Sequence record: PP216085
Length of the DNA stretch: 64,000 nt
From: Escherichia phage vB_EcoM_HZ_ZJUN4
Direction: 5' to 3' (one strand)
In this document: positions 39,775-48,737 of the stretch, one piece after another
Layout: each line of letters begins with the position of its first letter
Numbering within the stretch: position 1 is the first letter of the stretch
Notes under the pieces: model-generated
The model's database searches: none
Told to the model about the DNA's origin: nothing
The model's input: the letters and a program-made list of their open reading frames with translations, nothing else
Position numbers and translations under genes: made by a program

Positions 39775-40373
39775 AATATTCAGCAATGCAATTAAAAGAT
39801 TTTAAAATCAAATCAATGGATGCATCGGTGCGTGCTTCTATTCGTGAAGAATTACTTTCTGAAGGATTTAATTTATCCGAAATTGAACTTTTAATTCATT
39901 GTATTACTAATAAGCCAGACGACCACTCTTGGTTAAATGAAATAATCAAATCTCGTTTGGTTCCAAACGATAAACCTCTTTGGAGAGGTGTTCCAGTTGA
40001 AACTAAGCAGGTGTTAAATCAAGGAATTGATATTATTACATTTGATAAAGTAGTATCAGCTTCATATGATAAAAATATAGCTCTACATTTTGCTTCTGGA
40101 TTAGAATACAACACACAAGTTATTTTTGAATTCAAAGCTCCTATGGTATTTAATTTTCAGGAGTATGCTATAAAAGCTCTACGTTGTAAAGAATATAGTC
40201 CGAGTTTTAAGTTTCCGGATAGCCATCGTTATCGTAATATGGAATTAGTTTCAGATGAACAAGAAGTAATGATACCAGCTGGAAGTGTATTTAGAATTGC
40301 GGATAGATATGAGTATAAAAAGCATTCAACATACACTATCTATACTCTTGACTTTGAAGGATTTAATCTATAA
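39771..40373 (+). CDS. modA: ADP-ribosyltransferase ModA
   Basis: 200 aa; R-S-E motifs LWRGV, SASYD, EQEVMIP; ATGA overlap with modB. Confidence 0.7.
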   Translation: MKYSAMQLKDFKIKSMDASVRASIREELLSEGFNLSEIELLIHCITNKPDDHSWLNEIIKSRLVPNDKPLWRGVPVETKQVLNQGIDIITFDKVVSASYDKNIALHFASGLEYNTQVIFEFKAPMVFNFQEYAIKALRCKEYSPSFKFPDSHRYRNMELVSDEQEVMIPAGSVFRIADRYEYKKHSTYTIYTLDFEGFNL

Positions 40374-40428
40374 TGGAAGGACTTAGATTCATTATACCAT
40401 GAAAGTTTTAAAGCATTTTTCATAAAGT

Positions 40429-40460
40429 TGTTTACAAGCTGAAGTAAAAATGTTATAGTA
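40429..40460 (+). promoter_or_regulatory. T4-type early promoter
   Basis: GTTTACAAG...TGTTATAGT. Confidence 0.55.
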
Positions 40461-40488
40461 TAAGTAGTTAACCGTCCGTGAGAAAAAT

Positions 40489-41235
40489 ATGAAACTGTCT
40501 AAAAATCAAATTCGTAAAATTACACGTCGTCTAGAGCATACTCAGGCATCTGCTAAAAGACGTTCTAAAGATTTTAACTTAGACTTCAATTACATTAAGA
40601 ACATTTTAGATCAGAAAGTTTGCGCTTACTCGGGAGAACCTTTTGATAATCGTATTGAAGGAGAGAAATTATCGTTAGAACGTTTTGATAATAACGTTGG
40701 ATATATTAAAGGGAATGTTATTGCAGTAAAGAAAAAGTATAATACATTTCGTTCTGATTATACTTTAGAAGAGTTGATTGAAAAGCGTGATTTATTTGCT
40801 TTGCGAATTTGTCGTTCATCTGCGAAAAAAGTTCATAAACTAAATTTAGATGAAAAGAAATGGGCTAAAATCAAAAAGACTTATAATCAAATTAAAGCTA
40901 TACAGAAAAAACGTGAAAACCGAATTGAGCACATTTCTCAGCTTTCTAAATCAAAACAAACCTCTGACATTAAGCTAACGATTATAGCACTTAAAGCTCG
41001 TATTGATGGTTCTCGTATAGCAGAAGGCGCTGAAGTTGTTAAATTGAACGTTCTTCTTAAAGGCTCGGATTGGAAAACTGTGAAAAAGTTGTCAGAAGCA
41101 GAAATGCAATATGATATGTGTGATAAAATTATTCAAGGTGTAGAGCGGTATCAAAACTTGTCTTTTATTGATAAACTTAAACTGAAAAGAGGATACCCGC
41201 TAAATTGTTCAATTTTTAAACTTATCCGAGGATAA
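40489..41235 (+). CDS. hypothetical protein (Srd-like by position between modA and dda)
   Basis: 248 aa basic protein; assignment by synteny only. Confidence 0.45.
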   Translation: MKLSKNQIRKITRRLEHTQASAKRRSKDFNLDFNYIKNILDQKVCAYSGEPFDNRIEGEKLSLERFDNNVGYIKGNVIAVKKKYNTFRSDYTLEELIEKRDLFALRICRSSAKKVHKLNLDEKKWAKIKKTYNQIKAIQKKRENRIEHISQLSKSKQTSDIKLTIIALKARIDGSRIAEGAEVVKLNVLLKGSDWKTVKKLSEAEMQYDMCDKIIQGVERYQNLSFIDKLKLKRGYPLNCSIFKLIRG

Positions 41236-41236
41236 T

Positions 41237-41548
41237 ATGTTTTATGTATATGCGATAGTGTATAGAGATAAAGATGGATTTGCGGTGCCTGTTCCTCTTG
41301 ATGAACATCGTCCTGCTGTATTTTTTGAAAGGGAGATTGCTGATAAAGTATTTACTACTCTTAAAGAGCAGTATCGACTAGCTTTAAGTATGGGAATTCC
41401 GAGATTAGTTGAGACTCCACGCAAGTTTTGGTTTAATAAAATAGAAGTTAAACATGTTAAGCCTGATGTAGACACACAAAGATTATATCGGCGAATTTTA
41501 GATACTGGGCGTATTGTTAGTATACCAATTGCAGGGAATTTACGATGA
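41237..41548 (+). CDS. hypothetical protein
   Basis: Track ORF, 103 aa. Confidence 0.5.
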   Translation: MFYVYAIVYRDKDGFAVPVPLDEHRPAVFFEREIADKVFTTLKEQYRLALSMGIPRLVETPRKFWFNKIEVKHVKPDVDTQRLYRRILDTGRIVSIPIAGNLR

Positions 41549-42864
41549 CATTTGATGATTTGACTGAAGGCCAGAAAAATGCCTTTAACATCGTTATGAG
41601 GGCTATTAAAGAAAAGAAACATCATGTAACTATTAATGGACCTGCTGGTACTGGTAAGACTACTCTTACTAAGTTCATCATTGAAGCCTTAATATCTACG
41701 GGCGAAACTGGCATTATTTTAGCAGCTCCTACTCATGCAGCTAAAAAGATTCTTTCAAAACTGTCAGGGAAAGAAGCGAGTACTATTCACAGTATTCTCA
41801 AAATTAACCCAGTAACATATGAAGAAAACGTTCTTTTTGAGCAAAAAGAAGTACCGGATTTAGCCAAATGCAGAGTATTAATCTGCGACGAAGTGTCAAT
41901 GTATGATAGAAAGCTATTTAAAATTCTGCTTTCAACTATTCCACCGTGGTGTACTATAATTGGAATAGGCGATAATAAGCAAATTAGACCTGTTGACCCA
42001 GGAGAAAACACTGCTTATATCAGTCCATTCTTTACACACAAAGATTTTTATCAATGTGAACTCACTGAAGTTAAACGCAGTAATGCTCCTATTATTGATG
42101 TAGCTACTGATGTTCGTAACGGTAAGTGGATTTATGATAAAATTGTTGACGGACATGGAGTACGTGGATTTACTGGTGATACTGCTTTACGCGATTTTAT
42201 GGTAAATTATTTTTCAATCGTCAAATCGTTAGATGATTTGTTTGAAAATCGCGTAATGGCATTTACGAATAAATCTGTTGATAAGTTAAATAGCATTATT
42301 CGTAAAAAGATTTTTGAAACTGATAAAGATTTTATTGTCGGTGAAATTATTGTAATGCAGGAACCATTAATTAAAACATATAAAATTGATGGAAAGCCTG
42401 TGTCAGAAATTATTTTTAATAACGGACAATTAGTTCGTATTATAGAAGCAGAGTATACATCAACATTTGTTAAAGCTCGTGGTGTTCCTGGAGAATATCT
42501 AATTCGTCATTGGGATTTAACAGTAGAAACTTACGGCGATGATGAATATTATCGTGAAAAGATTAAAATAATTTCATCTGATGAAGAGCTGTATAAGTTT
42601 AACTTATTTTTAGGTAAAACTGCAGAAACTTACAAAAATTGGAATAAAGGCGGAAAGGCTCCATGGAGTGATTTTTGGGATGCTAAATCACAATTTAGTA
42701 AAGTGAAAGCACTTCCTGCATCAACATTCCACAAAGCTCAGGGCATGTCTGTAGACCGTGCTTTCATCTATACGCCTTGTATTCATTATGCAGACGCTGA
42801 ATTGGCTCAGCAGCTTCTTTATGTTGGTGTCACTCGTGGTCGTTATGATGTGTTTTACGTATGA
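41545..42864 (+). CDS. dda: DNA helicase Dda (SF1B)
   Basis: 439 aa; Walker A GPAGTGKTT; Walker B LICDEVSM. Confidence 0.92.
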   Translation: MTFDDLTEGQKNAFNIVMRAIKEKKHHVTINGPAGTGKTTLTKFIIEALISTGETGIILAAPTHAAKKILSKLSGKEASTIHSILKINPVTYEENVLFEQKEVPDLAKCRVLICDEVSMYDRKLFKILLSTIPPWCTIIGIGDNKQIRPVDPGENTAYISPFFTHKDFYQCELTEVKRSNAPIIDVATDVRNGKWIYDKIVDGHGVRGFTGDTALRDFMVNYFSIVKSLDDLFENRVMAFTNKSVDKLNSIIRKKIFETDKDFIVGEIIVMQEPLIKTYKIDGKPVSEIIFNNGQLVRIIEAEYTSTFVKARGVPGEYLIRHWDLTVETYGDDEYYREKIKIISSDEELYKFNLFLGKTAETYKNWNKGGKAPWSDFWDAKSQFSKVKALPASTFHKAQGMSVDRAFIYTPCIHYADAELAQQLLYVGVTRGRYDVFYV

Positions 42865-42885
42865 TTAAATTTGAGGAAGCTATTC

Positions 42886-43131
42886 GTGGAAATAACTAAA
42901 GACCAGTTTTATCTGCTTCAAGATAAAGTAAGCGAAATTTATGAAATATCTTATAGTAAAAATTATGAAACTGTGAAAATTGAGTCTAGTAAGTTAATGC
43001 TTCAATTGGAAGAAATTGAACGAGATTTGACTGCGTTAGAATTCTTTTGTGGTAGAGTGAAAACTGTTACAATCAGTGATTATATTTTAGGTGAAATTAG
43101 TCATCTTTATAAGGCGATTATTAATGTTTGA
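42886..43131 (+). CDS. hypothetical protein
   Basis: Track ORF 42871 (TTG) trimmed to GTG after GAGGAAG; 81 aa. Confidence 0.4.
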   Translation: MEITKDQFYLLQDKVSEIYEISYSKNYETVKIESSKLMLQLEEIERDLTALEFFCGRVKTVTISDYILGEISHLYKAIINV

Positions 43132-43807
43132 TTTTATTATAGATTTTGAAACAATGGGAAGCGGTGAAAAAGCAGCTGTTATTGATTTGGCTGTTATTGC
43201 CTTTGACCCTAATCCAGAAGTAGTTGAATCATTTGATGAATTAGTTTCACGTGGCATTAAAATCAAGTTTGATTTAAAAAGCCAAAAAGGACATCGTCTT
43301 TTTACTAAAAGCACTATCGAATGGTGGAAAAATCAGTCTCCTGAAGCTCGAAAAAATATTGCACCATCAGATGAAGATGTAAGCACTATCGATGGTATTG
43401 TAAAATTTAATGATTACATCAATGCGCATAACATCGATCCTTGGAAATCTCAAGGCTGGTGCCGTGGAATGTCGTTTGATTTTCCAATTTTAGTCGATCT
43501 CATTCGCGATATTCAACGTCTTAATGGCGTTTCTGAGAATGAACTTGACACATTTAAGTTAGAACCATGTAAATTCTGGAATCAGCGTGATATTCGTACA
43601 AGAATTGAAGCACTTCTGCTTGTTCGTGATATGACCACGTGTCCTCTTCCAAAGGGAACTTTAGATGGATTCGTTGCACATGATTCTATTCATGACTGTG
43701 CGAAAGACATCCTGATGATGAAGTATGCTTTGCGATATGCTATGGGTCTTGAAGATGCTCCGTCAGAAGAAGAGTGCGATCCTCTATCTCTTCCAACAAA
43801 ACGATAA
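43124..43807 (+). CDS. dexA: exonuclease A DexA (DEDD family)
   Basis: Track ORF trimmed to 227 aa MFDFIIDFETMGS; exo motif I DFET. Confidence 0.85.
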   Translation: MFDFIIDFETMGSGEKAAVIDLAVIAFDPNPEVVESFDELVSRGIKIKFDLKSQKGHRLFTKSTIEWWKNQSPEARKNIAPSDEDVSTIDGIVKFNDYINAHNIDPWKSQGWCRGMSFDFPILVDLIRDIQRLNGVSENELDTFKLEPCKFWNQRDIRTRIEALLLVRDMTTCPLPKGTLDGFVAHDSIHDCAKDILMMKYALRYAMGLEDAPSEEECDPLSLPTKR

Positions 43808-43813
43808 AAAGTT

Positions 43814-43843
43814 GTTTACTTCCTCGGTTAGTTGTGGTATTAT
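43814..43843 (+). promoter_or_regulatory. T4-type early promoter
   Basis: GTTTACTTC...TGTGGTATTAT. Confidence 0.6.
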
Positions 43844-43870
43844 AACACCATAGCTACTGAGGATAATAAA

Positions 43871-43915
43871 ATGAAAATTTATCGTGTTGAATCATCGTTT
43901 AGTGAATTAAATTAA
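43871..43915 (+). CDS. 14-codon mini-ORF (possible leader peptide)
   Basis: ATG after GAGGATAATAAA between two early promoters; MKIYRVESSFSELN. Confidence 0.2.
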   Translation: MKIYRVESSFSELN

Positions 43916-43945
43916 GTTTACAAACTCTTGGGACCAGAGTATAAT
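43916..43945 (+). promoter_or_regulatory. T4-type early promoter with dyad around -10
   Basis: GTTTACAAA...GAGTATAAT; -10 flanked by inverted repeat GGGACC...GGTCCC. Confidence 0.5.
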
Positions 43946-43989
43946 GGTCCCGCGGAGTATAAAATCTTTTTAACAAGTGAGAGATAACT

Positions 43990-44487
43990 ATGATTATTAA
44001 TATTGGTGAAATTGCTCGTGTATCTGATAAATCCCGTTCTAAAGCAGCAGGAAAATTGGTCGAAATTGTAAGCATTCAGCTTAAACACGGCGTTAAAGAT
44101 GAAGATTCTGAAGTAAAAGTGCGTATCATTCCTAAAGATGGAAAGTCTAAACCCCAGTTTGGCTATGTTCGTGCGAAATTTCTTGAATCTGCGTTTTTGA
44201 AAGCTGTTCCTGCTAAAGAAATTGAAACGATTGATACTTCGCATGTAGGTGTAGACTTTAAGTGGAAACTCGGTCAGGCTATTAAGTTCATTGCTCCTTA
44301 TGAATTCGAATTTACCGAAGATGAGGAAGGGGTTGTTCAAAAACATCGTACTCGTGCTATGTGTGCATACATTACTGATCAATGGGTAGAAGATGGCGTT
44401 AAGCTGTACAACGCGGTATTTTTAGGAACATACAAAGTCATTCCTGAAAGTTGGATTAAACACTATAGCAAAGCTCGCTGTGCATAA
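43990..44487 (+). CDS. hypothetical protein (MotB-like by position and size)
   Basis: 165 aa basic protein, RBS GAGAGATAACT. Confidence 0.45.
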   Translation: MIINIGEIARVSDKSRSKAAGKLVEIVSIQLKHGVKDEDSEVKVRIIPKDGKSKPQFGYVRAKFLESAFLKAVPAKEIETIDTSHVGVDFKWKLGQAIKFIAPYEFEFTEDEEGVVQKHRTRAMCAYITDQWVEDGVKLYNAVFLGTYKVIPESWIKHYSKARCA

Positions 44488-44585
44488 AGTTTAAAATTTT
44501 TTCATAAAACTATATACATCAGTAGTTGATTATGGTACTATATCAATATCAACTACTGATACAGAAAAACAACTTGGAGAATAAA

Positions 44586-44855
44586 ATGGAAAACTTAATT
44601 ATCATCGAGCAATCTTTCAACGATTATGGTATGGCTTACGGTTATCGTGCGATAATGGAAGATTCTCGTGGATGTGTTATCGATATTGCTGAATGTAAAG
44701 ATTTACTGCAGCTTTTGAAGATTGTTCGCAAAAATTGGGATTGTGAAAACATTAAAGTTCGTGTTGTAACGGAAGAAGAAACTGTTTTTCATGATGTAAA
44801 ATTTGCCAAAGGTGCTGCTACTCTTCTGAAACGCATCGCTCCACTGTTCAATTAA
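44586..44855 (+). CDS. hypothetical protein
   Basis: Track ORF 44526 trimmed to ATG after TGGAGAATAAA; 89 aa. Confidence 0.5.
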   Translation: MENLIIIEQSFNDYGMAYGYRAIMEDSRGCVIDIAECKDLLQLLKIVRKNWDCENIKVRVVTEEETVFHDVKFAKGAATLLKRIAPLFN

Positions 44856-44868
44856 TGAGGAAATTGTA

Positions 44869-45084
44869 ATGAAACGTAAAACTGTTCAGAATTGCACTAA
44901 TGACGAATTTGAAGATGTATTATTCGATCCAGATTTGGTAGTAGTTCAAAAAGAACATACCGTTAAGTTTACTCACTTGACTTCGGTTTATGTGTATGAA
45001 AAGGTTGGTGATAAACAGCCAATTTACGGTGTATTTCGTGAAATTACTGAAGATGGCACAACTTACTGGAAGGAAATTTATTAA
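44869..45084 (+). CDS. hypothetical protein
   Basis: 71 aa, RBS GAGGAAATTG. Confidence 0.5.
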   Translation: MKRKTVQNCTNDEFEDVLFDPDLVVVQKEHTVKFTHLTSVYVYEKVGDKQPIYGVFREITEDGTTYWKEIY

Positions 45085-45503
45085 TGGCTATTAAATTTGA
45101 AGTTAATAAATGGTATCAATTTAAAAATAAACAAGCTCAAGAAAATTTTATTAAAGACCATACTGATAACGGAATCTATGCACGACGTTTAGGTATGGAA
45201 CCTTTTAAAATTTTAGATGCTGATTATCTTGGGCGTCCTACTAAAATTGTGACATCCACAGGTGTACTCAAACGTTGTGCCGGCGCTGATATCCTTGACG
45301 AAAACTTTATCTGGCTCTCTACTAACGAAGCTGGGTTCTTTGATGAAGTGGAAAATCCATATCAGGCAGCTGGAGAGCAAGAGCAGGAAGAGCAAGAACA
45401 AATAGAAGATTTCACAGAATTCCCGGTAATGAAAGTTACTATTGAAAATAATGAGCAGGCATGGTCCTTGTATCAGATGTTGAAAGCACACTTTAAGGAA
45501 TAA
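45084..45503 (+). CDS. hypothetical protein (GoF-like by position)
   Basis: 139 aa with acidic stretch EQEQEEQEQ. Confidence 0.45.
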   Translation: MAIKFEVNKWYQFKNKQAQENFIKDHTDNGIYARRLGMEPFKILDADYLGRPTKIVTSTGVLKRCAGADILDENFIWLSTNEAGFFDEVENPYQAAGEQEQEEQEQIEDFTEFPVMKVTIENNEQAWSLYQMLKAHFKE

Positions 45504-45505
45504 TT

Positions 45506-45682
45506 ATGCCAATGTATGATTATAAATGCCAATCTGAAGATTGCGGGCATGAATATGAAAAAATTAAAAAGATTTCTGAACGAGAAAATGATGTTTGCCC
45601 TAAATGTCATCGTTTGTCTACTCGTCGGCCTTCTGCTCCTAAGCATGTGAATGGTGGTTTTTACGACTTACTTAAAGGGTAA
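45506..45682 (+). CDS. small zinc-ribbon protein (FmdB-like)
   Basis: Not in ORF track; MPMYDYKCQSEDCGHEYE...CPKCH (CxxC-x17-CxxC). Confidence 0.45.
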   Translation: MPMYDYKCQSEDCGHEYEKIKKISERENDVCPKCHRLSTRRPSAPKHVNGGFYDLLKG

Positions 45683-45684
45683 TT

Positions 45685-46056
45685 ATGTTTAAAATTGGTA
45701 AGAAATATCGCATTCGTGAAGGTGAAGAACAGAAATATCTACTTTCTGCTAGTAATAGGAATAGTTCTATTAATGCTGTAATATTGACTAGTGAATTTAT
45801 CGTTGAAGATATGAAAGGTCATAATGTTACAATGATTAGTACAGCATCTAGAAATGACGGAAAAATTCTTCATAGTTGTCAGAGTAGTGTTCTAATTTAT
45901 GATGAAGAATTTGACTTCTTCAAAGAAGTTTCCGAAGATTTTGATTTTGAATGCACTATCACTATGAAATCTGGCGACCCTCTTTCTTTTACAGTTAAAG
46001 ATGAAAGAAGCCGCTTGAGAATTATTAGTCTCCTTCAAGCCATTAAATTTGAGTGA
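45685..46056 (+). CDS. hypothetical protein
   Basis: Track ORF, 123 aa. Confidence 0.5.
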   Translation: MFKIGKKYRIREGEEQKYLLSASNRNSSINAVILTSEFIVEDMKGHNVTMISTASRNDGKILHSCQSSVLIYDEEFDFFKEVSEDFDFECTITMKSGDPLSFTVKDERSRLRIISLLQAIKFE

Positions 46057-46060
46057 AATT

Positions 46061-46321
46061 ATGAAATATGTTAATCGTTCTATCGCAGCATTAGTATTAG
46101 CAGTATCTTTAGTAGGATGTACTGATGCTGATAATGCAACCAAAGTTTTGTCTTCAAGCGGTTTTACTAATATTGAAATCACTGGATATAATTGGTTCGG
46201 TTGCTCTGAAAATGATTTCCAACACACTGGATTTCGTGCTATTGGACCTACCGGGCAGAAAGTAGAAGGAACAGTATGTTCTGGTCTATTCTTCAAGGAT
46301 TCGACTATCCGTTTTAAATAA
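46061..46321 (+). CDS. predicted lipoprotein
   Basis: Track ORF trimmed to MKYVNRSIAALVLAVSLVGC (lipobox LVGC). Confidence 0.5.
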   Translation: MKYVNRSIAALVLAVSLVGCTDADNATKVLSSSGFTNIEITGYNWFGCSENDFQHTGFRAIGPTGQKVEGTVCSGLFFKDSTIRFK

Positions 46322-46338
46322 AAGGCCTTCGGGCCTTT
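46322..46338 (+). terminator. GGCCTTCGGGCC hairpin + short U-tract
   Basis: UUCG-loop hairpin after lipoprotein gene. Confidence 0.5.
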
Positions 46339-46390
46339 AGCTTTATGATTACCGGAGTATAATATTCCCGAAACCAAACGAGGATAAGTG

Positions 46391-47941
46391 ATGATTAAGA
46401 ATGAAATTAAAATTCTAAGCGATATTGAACATATCAAAAAGCGTAGCGGCATGTATATTGGCTCTTCTGCTAATGAAATGCATGAGCGCTTTCTGTTTGG
46501 TAAATGGGAAAGTGTTCAGTATGTACCTGGTCTTGTTAAGCTTATTGATGAAATTATCGATAACTCAGTAGATGAAGGTATTCGTACTAAGTTTAAATTC
46601 GCAAATAAAATTAATGTTACTATTAAAAACAATCAAGTAACAGTTGAAGATAACGGTCGTGGTATTCCACAAGCGATGGTTAAAACACCTACCGGTGAAG
46701 AAATTCCTGGTCCTGTTGCTGCATGGACTATTCCAAAAGCAGGCGGTAACTTTGGTGATGATAAAGAACGCGTCACTGGCGGTATGAACGGTGTTGGTTC
46801 TAGTTTAACTAACATTTTTTCTGTGATGTTTGTCGGTGAAACTGGCGACGGTCAAAATAATATTGTAGTTCGTTGTTCAAATGGCATGGAAAATAAATCA
46901 TGGGAAACTATTCCTGGAAAATGGAAAGGAACTCGCGTTACTTTCATTCCTGATTTTATGTCATTTGAAACTAATGAGCTATCTCAAGTTTATCTTGACA
47001 TTACACTAGATCGTCTCCAGACACTTGCAGTAGTTTATCCTGATATTCAATTTACCTTTAATGGTAAAAAGGTTCAGGGTAATTTTAAGAAATATGCACG
47101 CCAATATGATGAACACGCTATCGTTCAAGAACAAGAAAATTGTTCTATTGCGGTTGGTCGTTCACCCGATGGTTTTCGTCAATTAACATACGTCAATAAC
47201 ATTCATACTAAGAATGGTGGCCATCACATTGACTGCGTTATGGATGATATTTGTGAAGACCTTATTCCACAAATCAAACGTAAGTTCAAAATTGACGTAA
47301 CTAAAGCACGTGTTAAAGAATGTTTGACTATCGTTATGTTTGTTCGTGATATGAAAAACATGCGATTTGATTCTCAAACTAAAGAGCGTCTGACTTCTCC
47401 ATTTGGTGAAATCCGTAGTCATATTCAGCTTGATGCTAAAAAGATTTCACGTGCTATTTTGAATAATGAAGCAATTTTAATGCCAATCATTGAAGCTGCC
47501 TTGGCTCGTAAATTGGCGGCAGAAAAAGCAGCAGAAACTAAAGCAGCTAAAAAGGCTTCTAAAGCTAAGGTTCATAAACATATTAAAGCGAATCTTTGCG
47601 GTAAAGATGCTGATACTACTCTTTTCTTGACTGAGGGTGATTCTGCTATCGGATATCTTATTGATGTTCGTGATAAAGAACTTCATGGTGGTTATCCATT
47701 GCGTGGTAAAGTTCTTAACAGTTGGGGTATGTCATATGCTGATATGCTTAAAAATAAAGAACTGTTTGATATTTGCGCAATCACTGGATTAGTTCTTGGT
47801 GAAAAGGCGTTTGAAGAAAAAGAAGATGGCGAGTGGTTTACTTTCGAACTAAATGGCGATACAATTATCGTAAATGAAAATGATGAAGTACAGATTAATG
47901 GTAAATGGATAACAGTAGGTGAATTACGAAAAAATCTATAA
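46391..47941 (+). CDS. 39: DNA topoisomerase II large subunit gp39 (GyrB-like ATPase)
   Basis: ATG after CGAGGATAA; GHKL ATPase motifs (IDNSVDEG, DNGRGIP); 516 aa. Confidence 0.92.
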   Translation: MIKNEIKILSDIEHIKKRSGMYIGSSANEMHERFLFGKWESVQYVPGLVKLIDEIIDNSVDEGIRTKFKFANKINVTIKNNQVTVEDNGRGIPQAMVKTPTGEEIPGPVAAWTIPKAGGNFGDDKERVTGGMNGVGSSLTNIFSVMFVGETGDGQNNIVVRCSNGMENKSWETIPGKWKGTRVTFIPDFMSFETNELSQVYLDITLDRLQTLAVVYPDIQFTFNGKKVQGNFKKYARQYDEHAIVQEQENCSIAVGRSPDGFRQLTYVNNIHTKNGGHHIDCVMDDICEDLIPQIKRKFKIDVTKARVKECLTIVMFVRDMKNMRFDSQTKERLTSPFGEIRSHIQLDAKKISRAILNNEAILMPIIEAALARKLAAEKAAETKAAKKASKAKVHKHIKANLCGKDADTTLFLTEGDSAIGYLIDVRDKELHGGYPLRGKVLNSWGMSYADMLKNKELFDICAITGLVLGEKAFEEKEDGEWFTFELNGDTIIVNENDEVQINGKWITVGELRKNL

Positions 47942-48737
47942 TGACTTAATAGTGCGGGGTAAAACCCGCGTTTCTAAATTTAAGGGTGAAATTCATCATA
48001 TCCTTCCAAGATCAATGGGAGGTTCTGATGATAAAGAAAATTTGGTGAAACTGACTTTTCGTGAACATTTTTTAGCACATTTTCTACTATATAAAATTCA
48101 TCGTAATCGTGAAATGGCATATGCGATGAATAGAATGTTAAACACTGAAAAATATTTACGTTCTAGTAAATTATATGAAATTACTAGAATTTACCATCAA
48201 AGAGCAGTATCTGAATGGTCAAAAAACTTTATGAAAGATAAAGTTTTAATGAGAAGTATTAAATCGGGTAAATGCGCCTTATTAATTAAAGGATCATTTA
48301 ACCCAAAGGAATGGTGCGGTGTTAATAAAGGTGTTAAGCTTCCTGGAATTAAAGGCATGACATGCTTTAAAAATGAAAAAGGCGAAGTTTTTCGTCTTCA
48401 TGTTAATGATCCACGCATTAAAGCTGAAAAATTAGTTGGTATTGGAAATACTGTTGCTGCTACTGCAAAAGCAGCTGAACTTGAAAAAGCGAAACCATGG
48501 TATAATAAATCAGCGACAAATCCAGAGGCTGTAAAATTAATACCAAATTTATATGAATGGTACGTCACGAAATATGACCCCGATCATTATAAACGAACGG
48601 GAGTTGCTAAATGGAAATCAGTTAATAATATAACTGTGAATTCAAAATTATTCGGCCGAGCATTTAATGAATTTAAACGCGGTTGGATTCCTGATGAAAA
48701 GTTCTATGAGGTGTATAATGAAATTTGTAAAAATTGA
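47919..48737 (+). CDS. mobA: HNH homing endonuclease MobA between genes 39 and 60
   Basis: 272 aa; HNH region EIHHILPRSMGGSDDKENLVKLTFREHFLAH; overlaps gene 39 end (23 nt) and gene 60 start (20 nt). Confidence 0.85.
   Translation: MNYEKIYNDLIVRGKTRVSKFKGEIHHILPRSMGGSDDKENLVKLTFREHFLAHFLLYKIHRNREMAYAMNRMLNTEKYLRSSKLYEITRIYHQRAVSEWSKNFMKDKVLMRSIKSGKCALLIKGSFNPKEWCGVNKGVKLPGIKGMTCFKNEKGEVFRLHVNDPRIKAEKLVGIGNTVAATAKAAELEKAKPWYNKSATNPEAVKLIPNLYEWYVTKYDPDHYKRTGVAKWKSVNNITVNSKLFGRAFNEFKRGWIPDEKFYEVYNEICKN

Noticed and set aside
43918-44382. 154-aa ORF on the - strand
   Set aside because: Lies entirely antisense within a well-supported + strand gene (43990..44487) in a region with + strand promoters; no RBS; likely a frame artefact.
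44520-44560. Possible early promoter upstream of the 44586 ORF
   Set aside because: Has TGGTACTAT -10-like sequence but no GTTTAC -35 element at the right distance; noted only as a partial relative of the repeated promoter-leader cassette.
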